Virus record (IMG/VR): IMGVR_UViG_3300019487_000022
Coordinates: 25,241-89,240 of that record
Length of the DNA: 64,000 nt
From: a virus
Strand: one strand, 5' to 3'
Positions 38,810-49,368 of the stretch are shown in pieces; within the stretch, counting starts at the first letter, position 1; every line of letters starts with the position of its first letter. The notes below the pieces were generated by a model. The model did not search any database, had not been told where the DNA came from, and saw nothing but the letters and a program-made list of their open reading frames with translations. A program made the position numbers and the translations under genes.

Positions 38810-40299
38810 ACGTTACTTTGGGCAGCTTTATTGGTTAACCGATAAGTTAACAATGCAGCATTAAACGCAGCGCCAATCTGAGGATTAACGCCAACTAACT
38901 GAGTCCAATCAAAGTTGTTCGGATTTTGTTTCCATTCTTCAAAAAGAGCTTTGCCAAAATCTTTTGGACTCATGTTATCAAGTGCTGCTTGTGGAGCAGC
39001 CATTTCATCTAAATCTGCGTTAATATCTTGTTCGATATCTGCAGGGATAGGTGGTTCCATTGTAGGATTACCAAGAGCCTGTTTTGTTATTTTTTTTGCA
39101 GAAGCTTCTTTCCAATTAAAAGGAGCGCTTGTATCATTAAACACTCTACCAACATTCCCATCATTCTTATGACGCATTGCTTGTAAACGAGCTTCTGTGC
39201 TTCCGTATTCTGGAAGGTATGGGCGACGGCGTTCACCTGGTAAAAGTTGATAATTGTTTGTTACTGGAATATTCTTATCAACTTCAAATCTTTTCTGGAT
39301 ATATCCGCCAATCCATTCGCCTGTTTCTGAATCACGATAAGGACGGCTGTATTTGTCCATGATATTACCACGCCATACAGCTTCCCAATCAACTCCCCAA
39401 TAACCATCTATATCTTGTCCAAAACCTTTATTTCTTTCTAAAATGTGCCAGTCAGAAACAGGTTGACCTCTCATAAAAGGATCAGGACGTGTTTGAGCTG
39501 GACCCCACATTATTATATTTTCTGATGCTTTATGTTGAGCATATTTTTTGAAGTTAAAAGCCTTCTCCGATGCTCTTTTTTCATTTGCAGCCTTTTCAGC
39601 AGCTTCTTTAATAGCAAGAGTTACTTCTTTTAGGTAATCAGCGAGATTTGCTTTTGTATAAGGAGCCTGCAAGGTCATTCCTTCTGCAGGATTAGACGTA
39701 TCAGTTTGTTGGTTTTTCATATTATTTGGTAAATTCTGATAAATCATTTCAGCTAAATTTAGTTTTACTTCTTCATTTTGTTCAGTAAAGAATCTATCTA
39801 ATGCATCTTGTGCTGTATTACTGCCTGATATAGCTTGGATTAGTTCAGGGTTAAATTGCTGTGCAGTTTCTAAACTTCCATATGAAGATAATTCATCTTT
39901 TAAATCTTCATGACTGTTAAATTGGTTATTATTTGGTTGATTTGTATTGTTAATATAATTTTGTTCTGCAGCTGTTCCTGTTGGATTTGCTTCAGCTCCA
40001 AATGGGTCGGTAGGAGAAGCGGGCGCAAAGTTATTTTGTTGCGAATATCTCATGAAATTAAATGCTTGACTATTACTCACTACGCCTTTTTCCAAATTGT
40101 TTAAGTTTTCCACTGTGTTTTTCATGTCGTTTTTCCATTCAACCGCTGGATCATTTGGTGTTTCTGCAATAGCTGATTGCATTTCTGCTTTTTCTATTGC
40201 TGTTTGCATCGCATTAAGATCAGTTTGCGGTATCCCCTGCCTTAATTCCTCTGGCAACATTAAAAAACGCGCACGAATTTCATCTGGTCGCATGAACAT
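38767..40299 (-). CDS. Head-module protein (putative internal head protein)
   Basis: 510 aa with FNFMRYSQ, FNFKKYAQ and FNWKEAS motifs; ends VKKKQ...* across the A10 run. Confidence 0.7.
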   Translation of the reverse strand: MFMRPDEIRARFLMLPEELRQGIPQTDLNAMQTAIEKAEMQSAIAETPNDPAVEWKNDMKNTVENLNNLEKGVVSNSQAFNFMRYSQQNNFAPASPTDPFGAEANPTGTAAEQNYINNTNQPNNNQFNSHEDLKDELSSYGSLETAQQFNPELIQAISGSNTAQDALDRFFTEQNEEVKLNLAEMIYQNLPNNMKNQQTDTSNPAEGMTLQAPYTKANLADYLKEVTLAIKEAAEKAANEKRASEKAFNFKKYAQHKASENIIMWGPAQTRPDPFMRGQPVSDWHILERNKGFGQDIDGYWGVDWEAVWRGNIMDKYSRPYRDSETGEWIGGYIQKRFEVDKNIPVTNNYQLLPGERRRPYLPEYGSTEARLQAMRHKNDGNVGRVFNDTSAPFNWKEASAKKITKQALGNPTMEPPIPADIEQDINADLDEMAAPQAALDNMSPKDFGKALFEEWKQNPNNFDWTQLVGVNPQIGAAFNAALLTYRLTNKAAQSNVKKKQRLKVEPFKR

Positions 40300-41130
40300 T
40301 TACTTTTTTGCCTTATTTGTGCTGTTGATCCAGTTATCTAACATATTATCAACAATACTACTTGAATTTACGCTTTTATAAGATGAAATATATTTATCTT
40401 TTTGACTCTCTTCTCTTTCCTTTTGTTTGTTGTTTCTCGCACGTTCTCCATCAGACATGGATGCTAATCGTGGAAAATCTCCTTCATTAGAAAATTGGTC
40501 AAATATGCTCATACTATTGCGGTTATTAGAGAATCTAGCTGTATCTTCATGAACAACTTGATCGTCATTAGAAGATATAAAAGAAGTTTTTCTTGTATCT
40601 ACAGAATCCATTTCTTTCATTCTTTCTTCATATTCTTGATCTTTTGCAGCTTTCTTTTGAGCAGCAATAGTTTCTCTTTCTTCACGTATACGGGTTCGTG
40701 AATCTTTTTGAGCTAAAACTTCTTCGATACGATCAGCATTAAAAATAGATGGACTAGATTCTCCTTTTACATATTTATTTGGATTAACATTTTCTCCATC
40801 CATCATATGCATAGAAGAAACAGAGCCTAATCTTTGAGATCTATTTTCAGGGTCGAAATTGTTATTAAGTTTATTTGTCTGATTGTCTACAATTTCATCT
40901 TGCGTATTTTTAGGAGCAGGCTTTTGAACTGTATTGCCGTCTAAAAATGGTATGGAATCTAGGAGACTTTGAGAATATACGTTTTTAGAACTTCTCTGTG
41001 AAACACGCAAGTTTTGCTGTTCTTTAGGAGCGTTATATTTATCATGAGTTGCTTGAGCTTCTTTTTCGACTTTTTCCCAATCAATATTTAAGAAGTTCAA
41101 TTGATCTTCTTTACGAGTTTTTTGTACCAT
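40300..41130 (-). CDS. Hypothetical head-module protein
   Basis: 276-aa charged ORF in the operon. Confidence 0.65.
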   Translation of the reverse strand: MVQKTRKEDQLNFLNIDWEKVEKEAQATHDKYNAPKEQQNLRVSQRSSKNVYSQSLLDSIPFLDGNTVQKPAPKNTQDEIVDNQTNKLNNNFDPENRSQRLGSVSSMHMMDGENVNPNKYVKGESSPSIFNADRIEEVLAQKDSRTRIREERETIAAQKKAAKDQEYEERMKEMDSVDTRKTSFISSNDDQVVHEDTARFSNNRNSMSIFDQFSNEGDFPRLASMSDGERARNNKQKEREESQKDKYISSYKSVNSSSIVDNMLDNWINSTNKAKK

Positions 41131-41830
41131 TTTTGCTCCCGAATACCAATTGCATTAAATTATATTGTTTTTCTTGACTTTCTTTAATTAATTCCGTAAT
41201 GGTCTTAGCATTCTTCATATTAGGTTTACCTTTACCGCCGCCAGCAGGCTTACCATATACTTTGTCAAGAATATCACCTGGACCCGCATCCTCCATCGAC
41301 TGTTGAGCAGCAGCATCTGAACTAATGAAATTCAAAGTTAATTGTTCATTAGCTCTTTTATAATCTTGGAAAGATAAGGCATGCTTTTGTTCAACTATTT
41401 GAACTAATTCCTTGAGTTTTTCCCTTGGAATTTGTGTGTTTTTACCATAAACTTCGTCTGGTAATACCAGAGTAACCTGTGTCCCGCTATTAGCAGAACC
41501 AGTCTCTGAAACAAATTTTGATCTAAATTCTTGTAAACGACGTGGTGGATAACCTAAACCAACAAGAAATTCGAATACAGTATGACGGATATCTCCTTCA
41601 TTTGTATTTTGTTGAACAGGTGGCTGTTCTTCATTGTTTTGTTGTTCTTCTAACTGATCAACTTGATTCTCTAATTGATCTATATTAGGTTGCTCATTGC
41701 CTGGATCCTCAGCTGAAGGCACTTGTTCTGGATCAATACCTGTAGTGTCCAACTCACCTGCCATTTCAGATGTGGGACTTGGCATTGTTTGAGCAACCAT
41801 TAATCGTCGTTTACCGCTTGGTACTAACAT
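41111..41830 (-). CDS. Hypothetical head-module protein
   Basis: 239 aa, starts MLVPSGKRRLMVAQ. Confidence 0.65.
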   Translation of the reverse strand: MLVPSGKRRLMVAQTMPSPTSEMAGELDTTGIDPEQVPSAEDPGNEQPNIDQLENQVDQLEEQQNNEEQPPVQQNTNEGDIRHTVFEFLVGLGYPPRRLQEFRSKFVSETGSANSGTQVTLVLPDEVYGKNTQIPREKLKELVQIVEQKHALSFQDYKRANEQLTLNFISSDAAAQQSMEDAGPGDILDKVYGKPAGGGKGKPNMKNAKTITELIKESQEKQYNLMQLVFGSKNGTKNS

Positions 41831-41916
41831 AAATTCCTTTGCTTTTCTTTATTGTTGTAACACGTCTGTTATGAATAACAAATGTGTATAAAAATTAAAG
41901 CTGCGGTAATTAACAA

Positions 41917-42672
41917 TTATTTGTCGCCAAGCATCTTAGCAACATATTCTGCTGGGTACATACTGCCCCAGTATTTTTTCAACCAAGCTTTAGACTTATT
42001 GTCAAGGTTAGCTAAACGAATAAACTTGTTAGAAGAAGCTTTCTTATCAGCCTTTTCTTCTGTTTCTTCCTTCTTACCAAAAGGAGGAGCTTTCTTATCG
42101 CCAAAATTGTCAATTCCAGCTGCTTCCTTGGTTTCTTCAGTCTTGACCTCTTCCTTCTTGCAACGTCCACATCCCTTAGCAGCTTCTTTAACTTCACCAG
42201 CAGCGTCAGCTTTCTTTTGATCGCCATCACCGCTACGATGCTTACCTGCATCTGGATCGTTAGTTAATTTTGGAAAATCTGCTTTAGCTTGCCCGCTGTC
42301 TTTTGCAGGACCATTATTCTCGTTGTCTTTATCTTGACAACCAGAAGCTTCAACAGTCTTTGCTGGCTCGCTGGATGCTGAAGTTGCACTGTCTGAACCC
42401 TTAGCGTCTGTCTTGCCCTTTACCTTCGGTGTGGATTCACCTTCTTGATGAAGAGGCTCAACATCTAGTTGACCAGATGATTCAGCTTCATCTTTTTCAT
42501 TTGCAGTTTTAACTGCAGGTGCTACTGGGGCTTGAACAGAAGCAACCTTGCTCATACCTTGCTTTGGCTGTACTTCTTGAAGCTTTTTATTAATGAAATC
42601 CTGGAAAGACACAGCTTTACCAGTATTGATTTGAGTCATAAATTCCATATTGCTATATTCTCCTAAATACAA
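41917..42672 (-). CDS. Low-complexity head-module protein
   Basis: Lys/Ala/Glu-rich with several K-x-A-S/N motifs; AGGAG RBS. Confidence 0.65.
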   Translation of the reverse strand: MYLGEYSNMEFMTQINTGKAVSFQDFINKKLQEVQPKQGMSKVASVQAPVAPAVKTANEKDEAESSGQLDVEPLHQEGESTPKVKGKTDAKGSDSATSASSEPAKTVEASGCQDKDNENNGPAKDSGQAKADFPKLTNDPDAGKHRSGDGDQKKADAAGEVKEAAKGCGRCKKEEVKTEETKEAAGIDNFGDKKAPPFGKKEETEEKADKKASSNKFIRLANLDNKSKAWLKKYWGSMYPAEYVAKMLGDK

Positions 42673-42708
42673 AAATGGTATTCCGTTTTAATTCTTTATA
42701 AAAAAGTG

Positions 42709-45063
42709 TTAAAAACCCTTCTTTATTTTACGAATGAGTTTGTTTATATCTTTATTTGTTATCGCTACTTTGCGTAAATCATCTTCACTTGAAGCAGCTA
42801 CTGCCGCCGGAGCAGTAGGAGCTTTAGGTGCGAAATGCTGCAACATTTGTTTTATGCTACCTTTAACAGCCTTATGGTAATCACCATGAGTTGGTCTACT
42901 GATCCATTGTTTAACTGCTTCAATAGATTCAGGATTTGGAGTTTTTCCGTTACTTACGTCGCTAAGAAAAGATGTAATTCCCTGTTCTAAGCCGCCTGTT
43001 ATGCTTTTTACAAGAGCTGGATTCATTTGAAATGCAGGAAGCCATTTTTTTGCATCTTCAAGTAACTTAGGAGAAACTTGTTTAGTTACGTTTTCTATTT
43101 CAGGACCAGTAACCGGATTTGATGGGGCTTCAGGTGCTACTGTTGGTGACGGTTTTGCTTCTGTTGGAGCTGTAACACCCTGTTGTTTTTTCTTTGCTAA
43201 TTCTTTTAAAGTATTTTTAGAATTAGCAATGAACTCCTGTTGAGTTTTTGGAGCTGATGGTTGAGCAATCATTGGTGGAGGTACAGCTTCTACCACAGGT
43301 TCAGTTACTGTCGAAGGAGGATTTACTTTTTCTGGTGCTGCTGTTGAAGCAGGGGAAATAGTGGATGTCGGTGGAGCTTGTAATTTTGGTTTTACAGGAG
43401 TCTCTTTTTTAACTGGAATCTCTTGTGTAGGCTCAATTTTTTTATTTACTGGAGGTTCCACTGCTTTTACTGTTGGATCGCTCGTATTTAATGGGGCTAT
43501 ATCGTACAGATCCTTATTAGCAGGTGGAGTGGTTTTATTATTTTGAACTATGGGTTCAGGCGCAGCAATATCATAAGGATCTTTTTTAGATGGAACTTTT
43601 GCAACAGGAGGATTAGCCGAAGGCGTTGTTTGTGAAGGAACCACATCATAAGGTTGAGCCTTGCCTGCATTTGCTGCTGGATTTACTTGTAATGAGGCAA
43701 CAAAAGTAACTCCAAATTGCTTTAAATTATTTTTAGCTTGAGATGAATTTGTATTATAAAGCTTTAATAACCATTCCCCAACTTCTTGAGCATTCAAGGC
43801 TTGGGCGAATAATTTTCTGTGCCAAGATGAAAATGCTGCAGTACTAAGAGCATTAACTGTAAATGGTGCATTTTGAGCTTTTAAGAATGCATTTACTGCA
43901 GTCAAGTTTGCAGGTTGTTTTAAGAAATCACTTATTCTTTGAGTAAATGATTTTGTTGTATCGTTAGATACGGGCGAAGTATTTTGAGCAACTGGAGCAG
44001 GTTGCGGAGATGCTGCAGGAGATGCTTGTTGTATTTGCGGATTAACAACGTTTTGTCTTGTTTCCTGTGTAGGCGCAAGATTGTTAGTTTGCCCTGCAGC
44101 ATTAGCTATAACATTTGCCAAATTATCAAGTTGTTTACGTCTAGATTGCATATCTTGCAAAGGAGTATTTGCAAAGTTATTAAATGCAACCATGATTTGT
44201 TGATAGATTTGACCAGCGCTTGGGCTATTCCTGGACATTTGCCCTAAAACGTTCAATTCAGCAGAAATATTTTGTTGCAATTGAGCCATTTGCTGATTGA
44301 TCTGTTGTTGTTGGTTTAAAGGCAACTGGGACATATCGTTAGGAAAACGAGTTCTCAAATTTTGCACTGCTAACAACGCTCTTTGTAAGCGTTGTTTCAT
44401 CATTTCATTATTCGCATTACCTGTCCATGAGTTAAACTGTTCTTTTCCCCATTGAAGCCAATTTTTCGGGTTCCAAAGGTTAGCATTAAACTGTGAGATC
44501 TTTAATAATTCATTAGCTAGATCTGCTGTCTGAAGAGCTAAATCTTTTTTATTGTTATTATGTAACGTCTCAGCTAATTTTGCCATCTTCTGAGATGCTG
44601 TAATAACATCTTCAGTAAGATTTGCCTTTATTTCATCTATGCTTTCAAATACGGCAACAGGCAAAGATGTTCCCAATGATACTTTTTTCTGTATCATTCC
44701 ATTAAAAATATTATCCTCTTTGGTCCAGACATGTTTGTTATTTGCTGTTTTGACAAAACTTACAGCCTGGTCTGCATATTTATCCCAATCACTCTCATCT
44801 TTTCCAAAAGATGCTAAATATTCTTTGTGACACTCGAACCAGATTTCTTGAGCCGATTTATTTGTTGCTGTTCTTTTTTGGCGGTAACAGTTACTCCAGC
44901 ATCGCTGATTGCGAATTGCATATCCTGTAGAACCTACATATTGTGCTTGAACAATACGAATTGTTTGTTTATTTACATCATCAACTATATCTGCTGCTTT
45001 AAATAGTTTAGCTGCATCAAGATTATTAGCTAAAGAAGTAAGTTTTTTGTTAATATCAATCAT
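42709..45063 (-). CDS. Large Gln/Pro-rich putative internal head protein
   Basis: 784 aa with long Q- and P-rich tracts and K/R-x-A motifs. Confidence 0.65.
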   Translation of the reverse strand: MIDINKKLTSLANNLDAAKLFKAADIVDDVNKQTIRIVQAQYVGSTGYAIRNQRCWSNCYRQKRTATNKSAQEIWFECHKEYLASFGKDESDWDKYADQAVSFVKTANNKHVWTKEDNIFNGMIQKKVSLGTSLPVAVFESIDEIKANLTEDVITASQKMAKLAETLHNNNKKDLALQTADLANELLKISQFNANLWNPKNWLQWGKEQFNSWTGNANNEMMKQRLQRALLAVQNLRTRFPNDMSQLPLNQQQQINQQMAQLQQNISAELNVLGQMSRNSPSAGQIYQQIMVAFNNFANTPLQDMQSRRKQLDNLANVIANAAGQTNNLAPTQETRQNVVNPQIQQASPAASPQPAPVAQNTSPVSNDTTKSFTQRISDFLKQPANLTAVNAFLKAQNAPFTVNALSTAAFSSWHRKLFAQALNAQEVGEWLLKLYNTNSSQAKNNLKQFGVTFVASLQVNPAANAGKAQPYDVVPSQTTPSANPPVAKVPSKKDPYDIAAPEPIVQNNKTTPPANKDLYDIAPLNTSDPTVKAVEPPVNKKIEPTQEIPVKKETPVKPKLQAPPTSTISPASTAAPEKVNPPSTVTEPVVEAVPPPMIAQPSAPKTQQEFIANSKNTLKELAKKKQQGVTAPTEAKPSPTVAPEAPSNPVTGPEIENVTKQVSPKLLEDAKKWLPAFQMNPALVKSITGGLEQGITSFLSDVSNGKTPNPESIEAVKQWISRPTHGDYHKAVKGSIKQMLQHFAPKAPTAPAAVAASSEDDLRKVAITNKDINKLIRKIKKGF

Positions 45064-45126
45064 GCTCTTAACCTTAAATTACGATATTATATTCGTTTAA
45101 ACTACGAAAAACTTTATCAGAAACCT

Positions 45127-46044
45127 TTAAGTCTTTACTGTAAATTTGGGTGTAAATTCTCTTCCTACAAAGGAATTGAACAATATATTGTCTATTATGA
45201 AAGCTCTAATATCCCCAACTGTTTCATCAAAAGTTACAACTATAGTATTTCCAGTACTTGCTGCATTGAATGTGCCGTGAGGTTCCACCTCTCTCTTTAT
45301 GTCTCTTCCTCCCTTGGTTTTATACCAAATTTCAACCACTTCATGTTCCTGTTCAGCCCATTGCATAGCTTCATGAGGGGATGAGAAATTAGGATATTCT
45401 TTTTCTGGAACTTCAAATTCTGTAGGTTCTTCTAATTCTGGGCTTTCTTGTGTAATTTCAGGCTCTGCTTCTGGTTGCTGCATTTCATCAGGTATTTGTT
45501 CATTATCTGTATCATCATAAGAATCTTCTAATATACCAGCTAAGTTAGAGACATCTATAGTGGGTAAGTTTGTTGTGTTTTGCTTATTATTCTGTGTTTG
45601 TACTGGAATAGCTGAAGGGGTTTGTAGGAATTGAGGTTGTACATCCTGCATTATTTGAGCTATTTTAATATGATACATTTCTGAATCTTTTATAAAATTA
45701 ATTAGAGCTCCGTCTGCTTCTTGTTTTACCAATTCAATTTTATCACCAACATTAATATTGTTTTTATCAAAAAAACCCATATTTGCTTCAATGGCGATAG
45801 AACAAGATGTAGAACTTGCTACCGTAATATCTGACATTGGTTTAATATGTGATATCTGGGTTATGGAGTTATTGTCATCTATAAAAGCTATATCTAAAGG
45901 AATAAAGGTATTAACACCCCAGAATCGGAGTTTTTGGGGTTTATCAAAAACAAAAAGCATACCCTCATCATCAGGCATGTCTTTTCTAAACATTAAACCT
46001 TGAGCTTTTTTATATGGTGTATCAGCTATTTCTACAAAAAGCAT
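45127..46044 (-). CDS. DUF192-family domain fused to a C-terminal WYL-like domain
   Basis: VEIADTP...QGLMFR...GMLFVF...FWGVNTFIPLDIAFI (DUF192). VEIWYKTKGG...REVEPH...IRAFIIDNI (WYL-like). Confidence 0.7.
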   Translation of the reverse strand: MLFVEIADTPYKKAQGLMFRKDMPDDEGMLFVFDKPQKLRFWGVNTFIPLDIAFIDDNNSITQISHIKPMSDITVASSTSCSIAIEANMGFFDKNNINVGDKIELVKQEADGALINFIKDSEMYHIKIAQIMQDVQPQFLQTPSAIPVQTQNNKQNTTNLPTIDVSNLAGILEDSYDDTDNEQIPDEMQQPEAEPEITQESPELEEPTEFEVPEKEYPNFSSPHEAMQWAEQEHEVVEIWYKTKGGRDIKREVEPHGTFNAASTGNTIVVTFDETVGDIRAFIIDNILFNSFVGREFTPKFTVKT

Positions 46045-46048
46045 AATA

Positions 46049-46450
46049 TTATATGATAGAATACCTAAACTTATTCCTTTCCAGATCTTCTATGAATTCA
46101 TCTAATTCAATATCTGGAACTTCAAAAATCATATATTGGTTTTTCTGTTCTACAATTATTTCAGAATTGGAATCATTATAGTATGTAAAATTACGAAACC
46201 AATTATGCAATTTCTTTACGTCCTTTTCATTTATTTTGACTTCAGAGCTCGCAGTAATAATTTCTTTAGGGAGTAAGCGATAACCTGGAATAGGCAAAGA
46301 AGGATCGTATGTATAAGCCATTTTTATTTCTGTTCCAACAGCTTTGTACATTTTCTTATGTACTGCATCATACCAATATAGTGTTCTATTTTTTTGAAAG
46401 CTATTTTCAGATTTGTTTGGCAGTTCAACTTTTATTATCGGCATCTTCAA
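46049..46450 (-). CDS. Hypothetical protein
   Basis: 133-aa operon member. Confidence 0.6.
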   Translation of the reverse strand: MKMPIIKVELPNKSENSFQKNRTLYWYDAVHKKMYKAVGTEIKMAYTYDPSLPIPGYRLLPKEIITASSEVKINEKDVKKLHNWFRNFTYYNDSNSEIIVEQKNQYMIFEVPDIELDEFIEDLERNKFRYSII

Positions 46451-46892
46451 ATCTCTTCCACCAATTATCAGAAGCAGTTTTAGTCAAGTTATGACCTCGT
46501 AATGTTGAAGCTTTCTTTGTGTTAGACAAAGCCTCTGAATAACCTATAAGTTTATCGTCTTTTTTATCAAATATTGAAGAATCATCTCCCAAAACCATGA
46601 CCCGTATAACTTTAGCACCTTTATCTGTTATCTCTATATTATCACCGTTCGTTTTTATAAGTCCTGAATCGCTCATGGATTCTACTTGGGATGCAGAAAC
46701 GGTATATGGTCTTTGGTAAACACGATCACTTATTTTATTTTTCTCATCTTTCCAAATAGCAAATAGATTTTTTGCAGCAACTGGATCTATTGCATTTTCT
46801 TCTTTTGATTTGATTTGAACTTGTAATCCTGGCATTATCTGAATTAAATAATCAAATAACGTTGGAGAGAATTGAGATTTTTTCTGTAACAT
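46425..46892 (-). CDS. Hypothetical protein (winged-helix-like end)
   Basis: 155 aa; SGLIKTNGDNIEITDKG resembles a wHTH wing. Confidence 0.55.
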   Translation of the reverse strand: MLQKKSQFSPTLFDYLIQIMPGLQVQIKSKEENAIDPVAAKNLFAIWKDEKNKISDRVYQRPYTVSASQVESMSDSGLIKTNGDNIEITDKGAKVIRVMVLGDDSSIFDKKDDKLIGYSEALSNTKKASTLRGHNLTKTASDNWWKRFEDADNKS

Positions 46893-46940
46893 AATATATA
46901 ATATATTCTTACAATATTTGCTTTTAACCTTTATAAGTCT

Positions 46941-47717
46941 TTAATTCCAGAACAACACAGACCTACCTGGATATGGACTATCATTTTCTCTATTATACCA
47001 ACTGAACGGTTCGTTTCTTATCTCTCTCCAATAATGACCTTCTCCAACACGTCCATCATTATTGTAGTTTTCTAATCCCTTTCTATATCTTCTTTGCTTA
47101 CGAATATCGCTGTCACGTTGTCGAAAATCATTTTCATCTTCCCACCAAGACCAAACTCTTTCTTCCATTGGCAAATCCAAATTAGCCCAAGGACCACTTA
47201 TGCCTTCTGCAGTTTTGTAATTATTAACGTGATTTTTTCCTTTTGCTGTAAATTTTAATAGAGATCTTATATATAGTAATCTTTGAACTACACGTTGAAC
47301 CCAATCAATAGATATTTTAGTATCAATAATCTCATTCATTTGAGAAGGCATGAATTCTGTAATATCTTTTTCTAAAGAAGCTTGTAAAACTTTTTTATAT
47401 CTAGTTATCTCCTGATCTTCAAAACAATCTAAGAGTTTTGCAAGTTCTTTTAGACTAAATATAAACAATTTTGTTATTTTAGCATCTGGTGATGATGCTA
47501 TTGGTTCTGGTCTCAATAATGTTTTGATAACATCAGTCCACAGATTATGTAAAAGATGACTATTCTCTTTGATAAAAGCCTCAATATGAGTAATCGCTTC
47601 AAGAATAGGTTTAGTTACTTTTTGTTCTTGTAAAGAGAATTCTACGTGTCCATTATTGACTAACTTAAAGCCAAAATGTAACAATTCTTTTTGAATTATA
47701 GTCCAGTTATCACTCAT
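46941..47717 (-). CDS. Hypothetical protein
   Basis: 258-aa ORF overlapping the next gene (ATGA). Confidence 0.65.
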   Translation of the reverse strand: MSDNWTIIQKELLHFGFKLVNNGHVEFSLQEQKVTKPILEAITHIEAFIKENSHLLHNLWTDVIKTLLRPEPIASSPDAKITKLFIFSLKELAKLLDCFEDQEITRYKKVLQASLEKDITEFMPSQMNEIIDTKISIDWVQRVVQRLLYIRSLLKFTAKGKNHVNNYKTAEGISGPWANLDLPMEERVWSWWEDENDFRQRDSDIRKQRRYRKGLENYNNDGRVGEGHYWREIRNEPFSWYNRENDSPYPGRSVLFWN

Positions 47718-48271
47718 TTATTTCTTTCCACGGCGACAGTTATATGAAACTCATGCCCTTTGAGCTTCTTAGATAAGCCGTACTTCTCTCTTATTTCTTC
47801 TAATTCAGGTGATTCTACTTCTACAAACCATACACGTTTTATACCTTTCCAAGATTCAGGGTCTACAGAATAGAATTTTCCTAATTTAAAATGTACCTCT
47901 GTTCCACTATCTTGAAAAGGTTTTTCTTTGGTTAATTCTTTTGCGTTAATTACAGAAATATGAGCGCCAACATTGTTATAATCATCTTCAAGATAAGGCG
48001 GTTTTTCCTTTGTTTCTGAGTCTATTAACGAAAACAGACCATGAATGACATCGTTTGAAATATCAACATAAACGAAGCCATCGTAGGTCTGTTTTACTGT
48101 ACCTATCAAAGGTACTTGTAATTTTCTTGCAATTTTAATAAATCCGCTTTTGGTATTAGCAGATAAATTACTTACATATTCTTTTGGAAATATTTCTTTC
48201 CAATATTTCTTAAAATTCTTTTTGTTCTTTTTGAGTTTATCTTTATATTTTTCAGTTTTAATAATTTTCAT
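47714..48271 (-). CDS. 2H phosphoesterase superfamily protein
   Basis: Two HxS/T motifs, GAHISVI and EFHITVA, about 73 aa apart. Confidence 0.75.
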   Translation of the reverse strand: MKIIKTEKYKDKLKKNKKNFKKYWKEIFPKEYVSNLSANTKSGFIKIARKLQVPLIGTVKQTYDGFVYVDISNDVIHGLFSLIDSETKEKPPYLEDDYNNVGAHISVINAKELTKEKPFQDSGTEVHFKLGKFYSVDPESWKGIKRVWFVEVESPELEEIREKYGLSKKLKGHEFHITVAVERNK

Positions 48272-49368
48272 TACTCTATCTCTGCGTTATGCGCTGCTAT
48301 AGTGCGACTAACGCGAGAAGACTGTTTACCATTCTTTTTGGATGCTGAAGCACCAGTTATTGATGCTAAGTCACTTAAATCCACATCCTTCATTGACATC
48401 ACATCTAATGAACTAATAGTAGTGTTTTTGCGTTTACGTCCAACAGGCTTCACCGCTTTAGCTTTATTAACTTTAGACTTCTTATTTTCTTTTCTTACTA
48501 CTAGTTCAGCTTCCTCTACCCCTTTGTCTGTGAAATCCAATTCCCCTGACATTACACCATCATTATTTAAAGTTCTTTTTGGTCTTGTATTAACAACCTT
48601 AGCAACTCGATTTGTTGACTCTTCTTTATTTAGCAATGATTTAGAGTAAGGATCCCATGCTTGCATTTTATTCTTTTTATCTCTTCTTTGATCTATATCA
48701 ATATCATCTAAATCGATTCCTTCATCATCATCCGTGTCTTGATCTAATTCTTCATTATCGATAGATACTGTCAACTCTTCATTCTCAGAATTTTCTGTCT
48801 CTTCAGATTCATCTTCGTCAGTTAAATCGATTTTTGTCAGTTTTTTGGCTATCTCTTGTGCGCTTTTTCTTTTTGAAGGTTTGATATTGTCTAAATCAAT
48901 AATAGGATCTGCTTGTTTCTTTTTTACAATTTGAGATTTTTTACTTGTGCCTAATTTGATTTTCTTTTTTAAAGTTCCTGCGGATTTTGTTTCCGTAGTA
49001 TCATCTGAATCATCTTTTTGTGGATCTTTTACTAATAAAATACCTTGTATGATTGCACTACGAACGTTATTTGATTGCAGTTCTATCCTAGAAACATAAG
49101 TTGATTCATTCTTTAATAAACTTATATTATCTAAACCAATAGGTTTTCCTGATACATTTGTAATTTTTATGTTTTTTGCGTTAGGAGAATCTTGGTGACC
49201 TTGTGCATCTAATACAACAATTAAACCTTTTCTTAAACACGCTTGAATGTCACCATTGTAAAATGCTTCATCTGAAATGGAAAGTTTTGCTCCAGCTTTT
49301 ACCGCATATCCTATTGTTGGTATTACAATCTCTTTCTTCTTTACTGCGTCCGTAACTTGAATTATCAT
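48271..49368 (-). CDS. Hypothetical protein with acidic and basic low-complexity tracts
   Basis: 365-aa operon member. Confidence 0.6.
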   Translation of the reverse strand: MIIQVTDAVKKKEIVIPTIGYAVKAGAKLSISDEAFYNGDIQACLRKGLIVVLDAQGHQDSPNAKNIKITNVSGKPIGLDNISLLKNESTYVSRIELQSNNVRSAIIQGILLVKDPQKDDSDDTTETKSAGTLKKKIKLGTSKKSQIVKKKQADPIIDLDNIKPSKRKSAQEIAKKLTKIDLTDEDESEETENSENEELTVSIDNEELDQDTDDDEGIDLDDIDIDQRRDKKNKMQAWDPYSKSLLNKEESTNRVAKVVNTRPKRTLNNDGVMSGELDFTDKGVEEAELVVRKENKKSKVNKAKAVKPVGRKRKNTTISSLDVMSMKDVDLSDLASITGASASKKNGKQSSRVSRTIAAHNAEIE

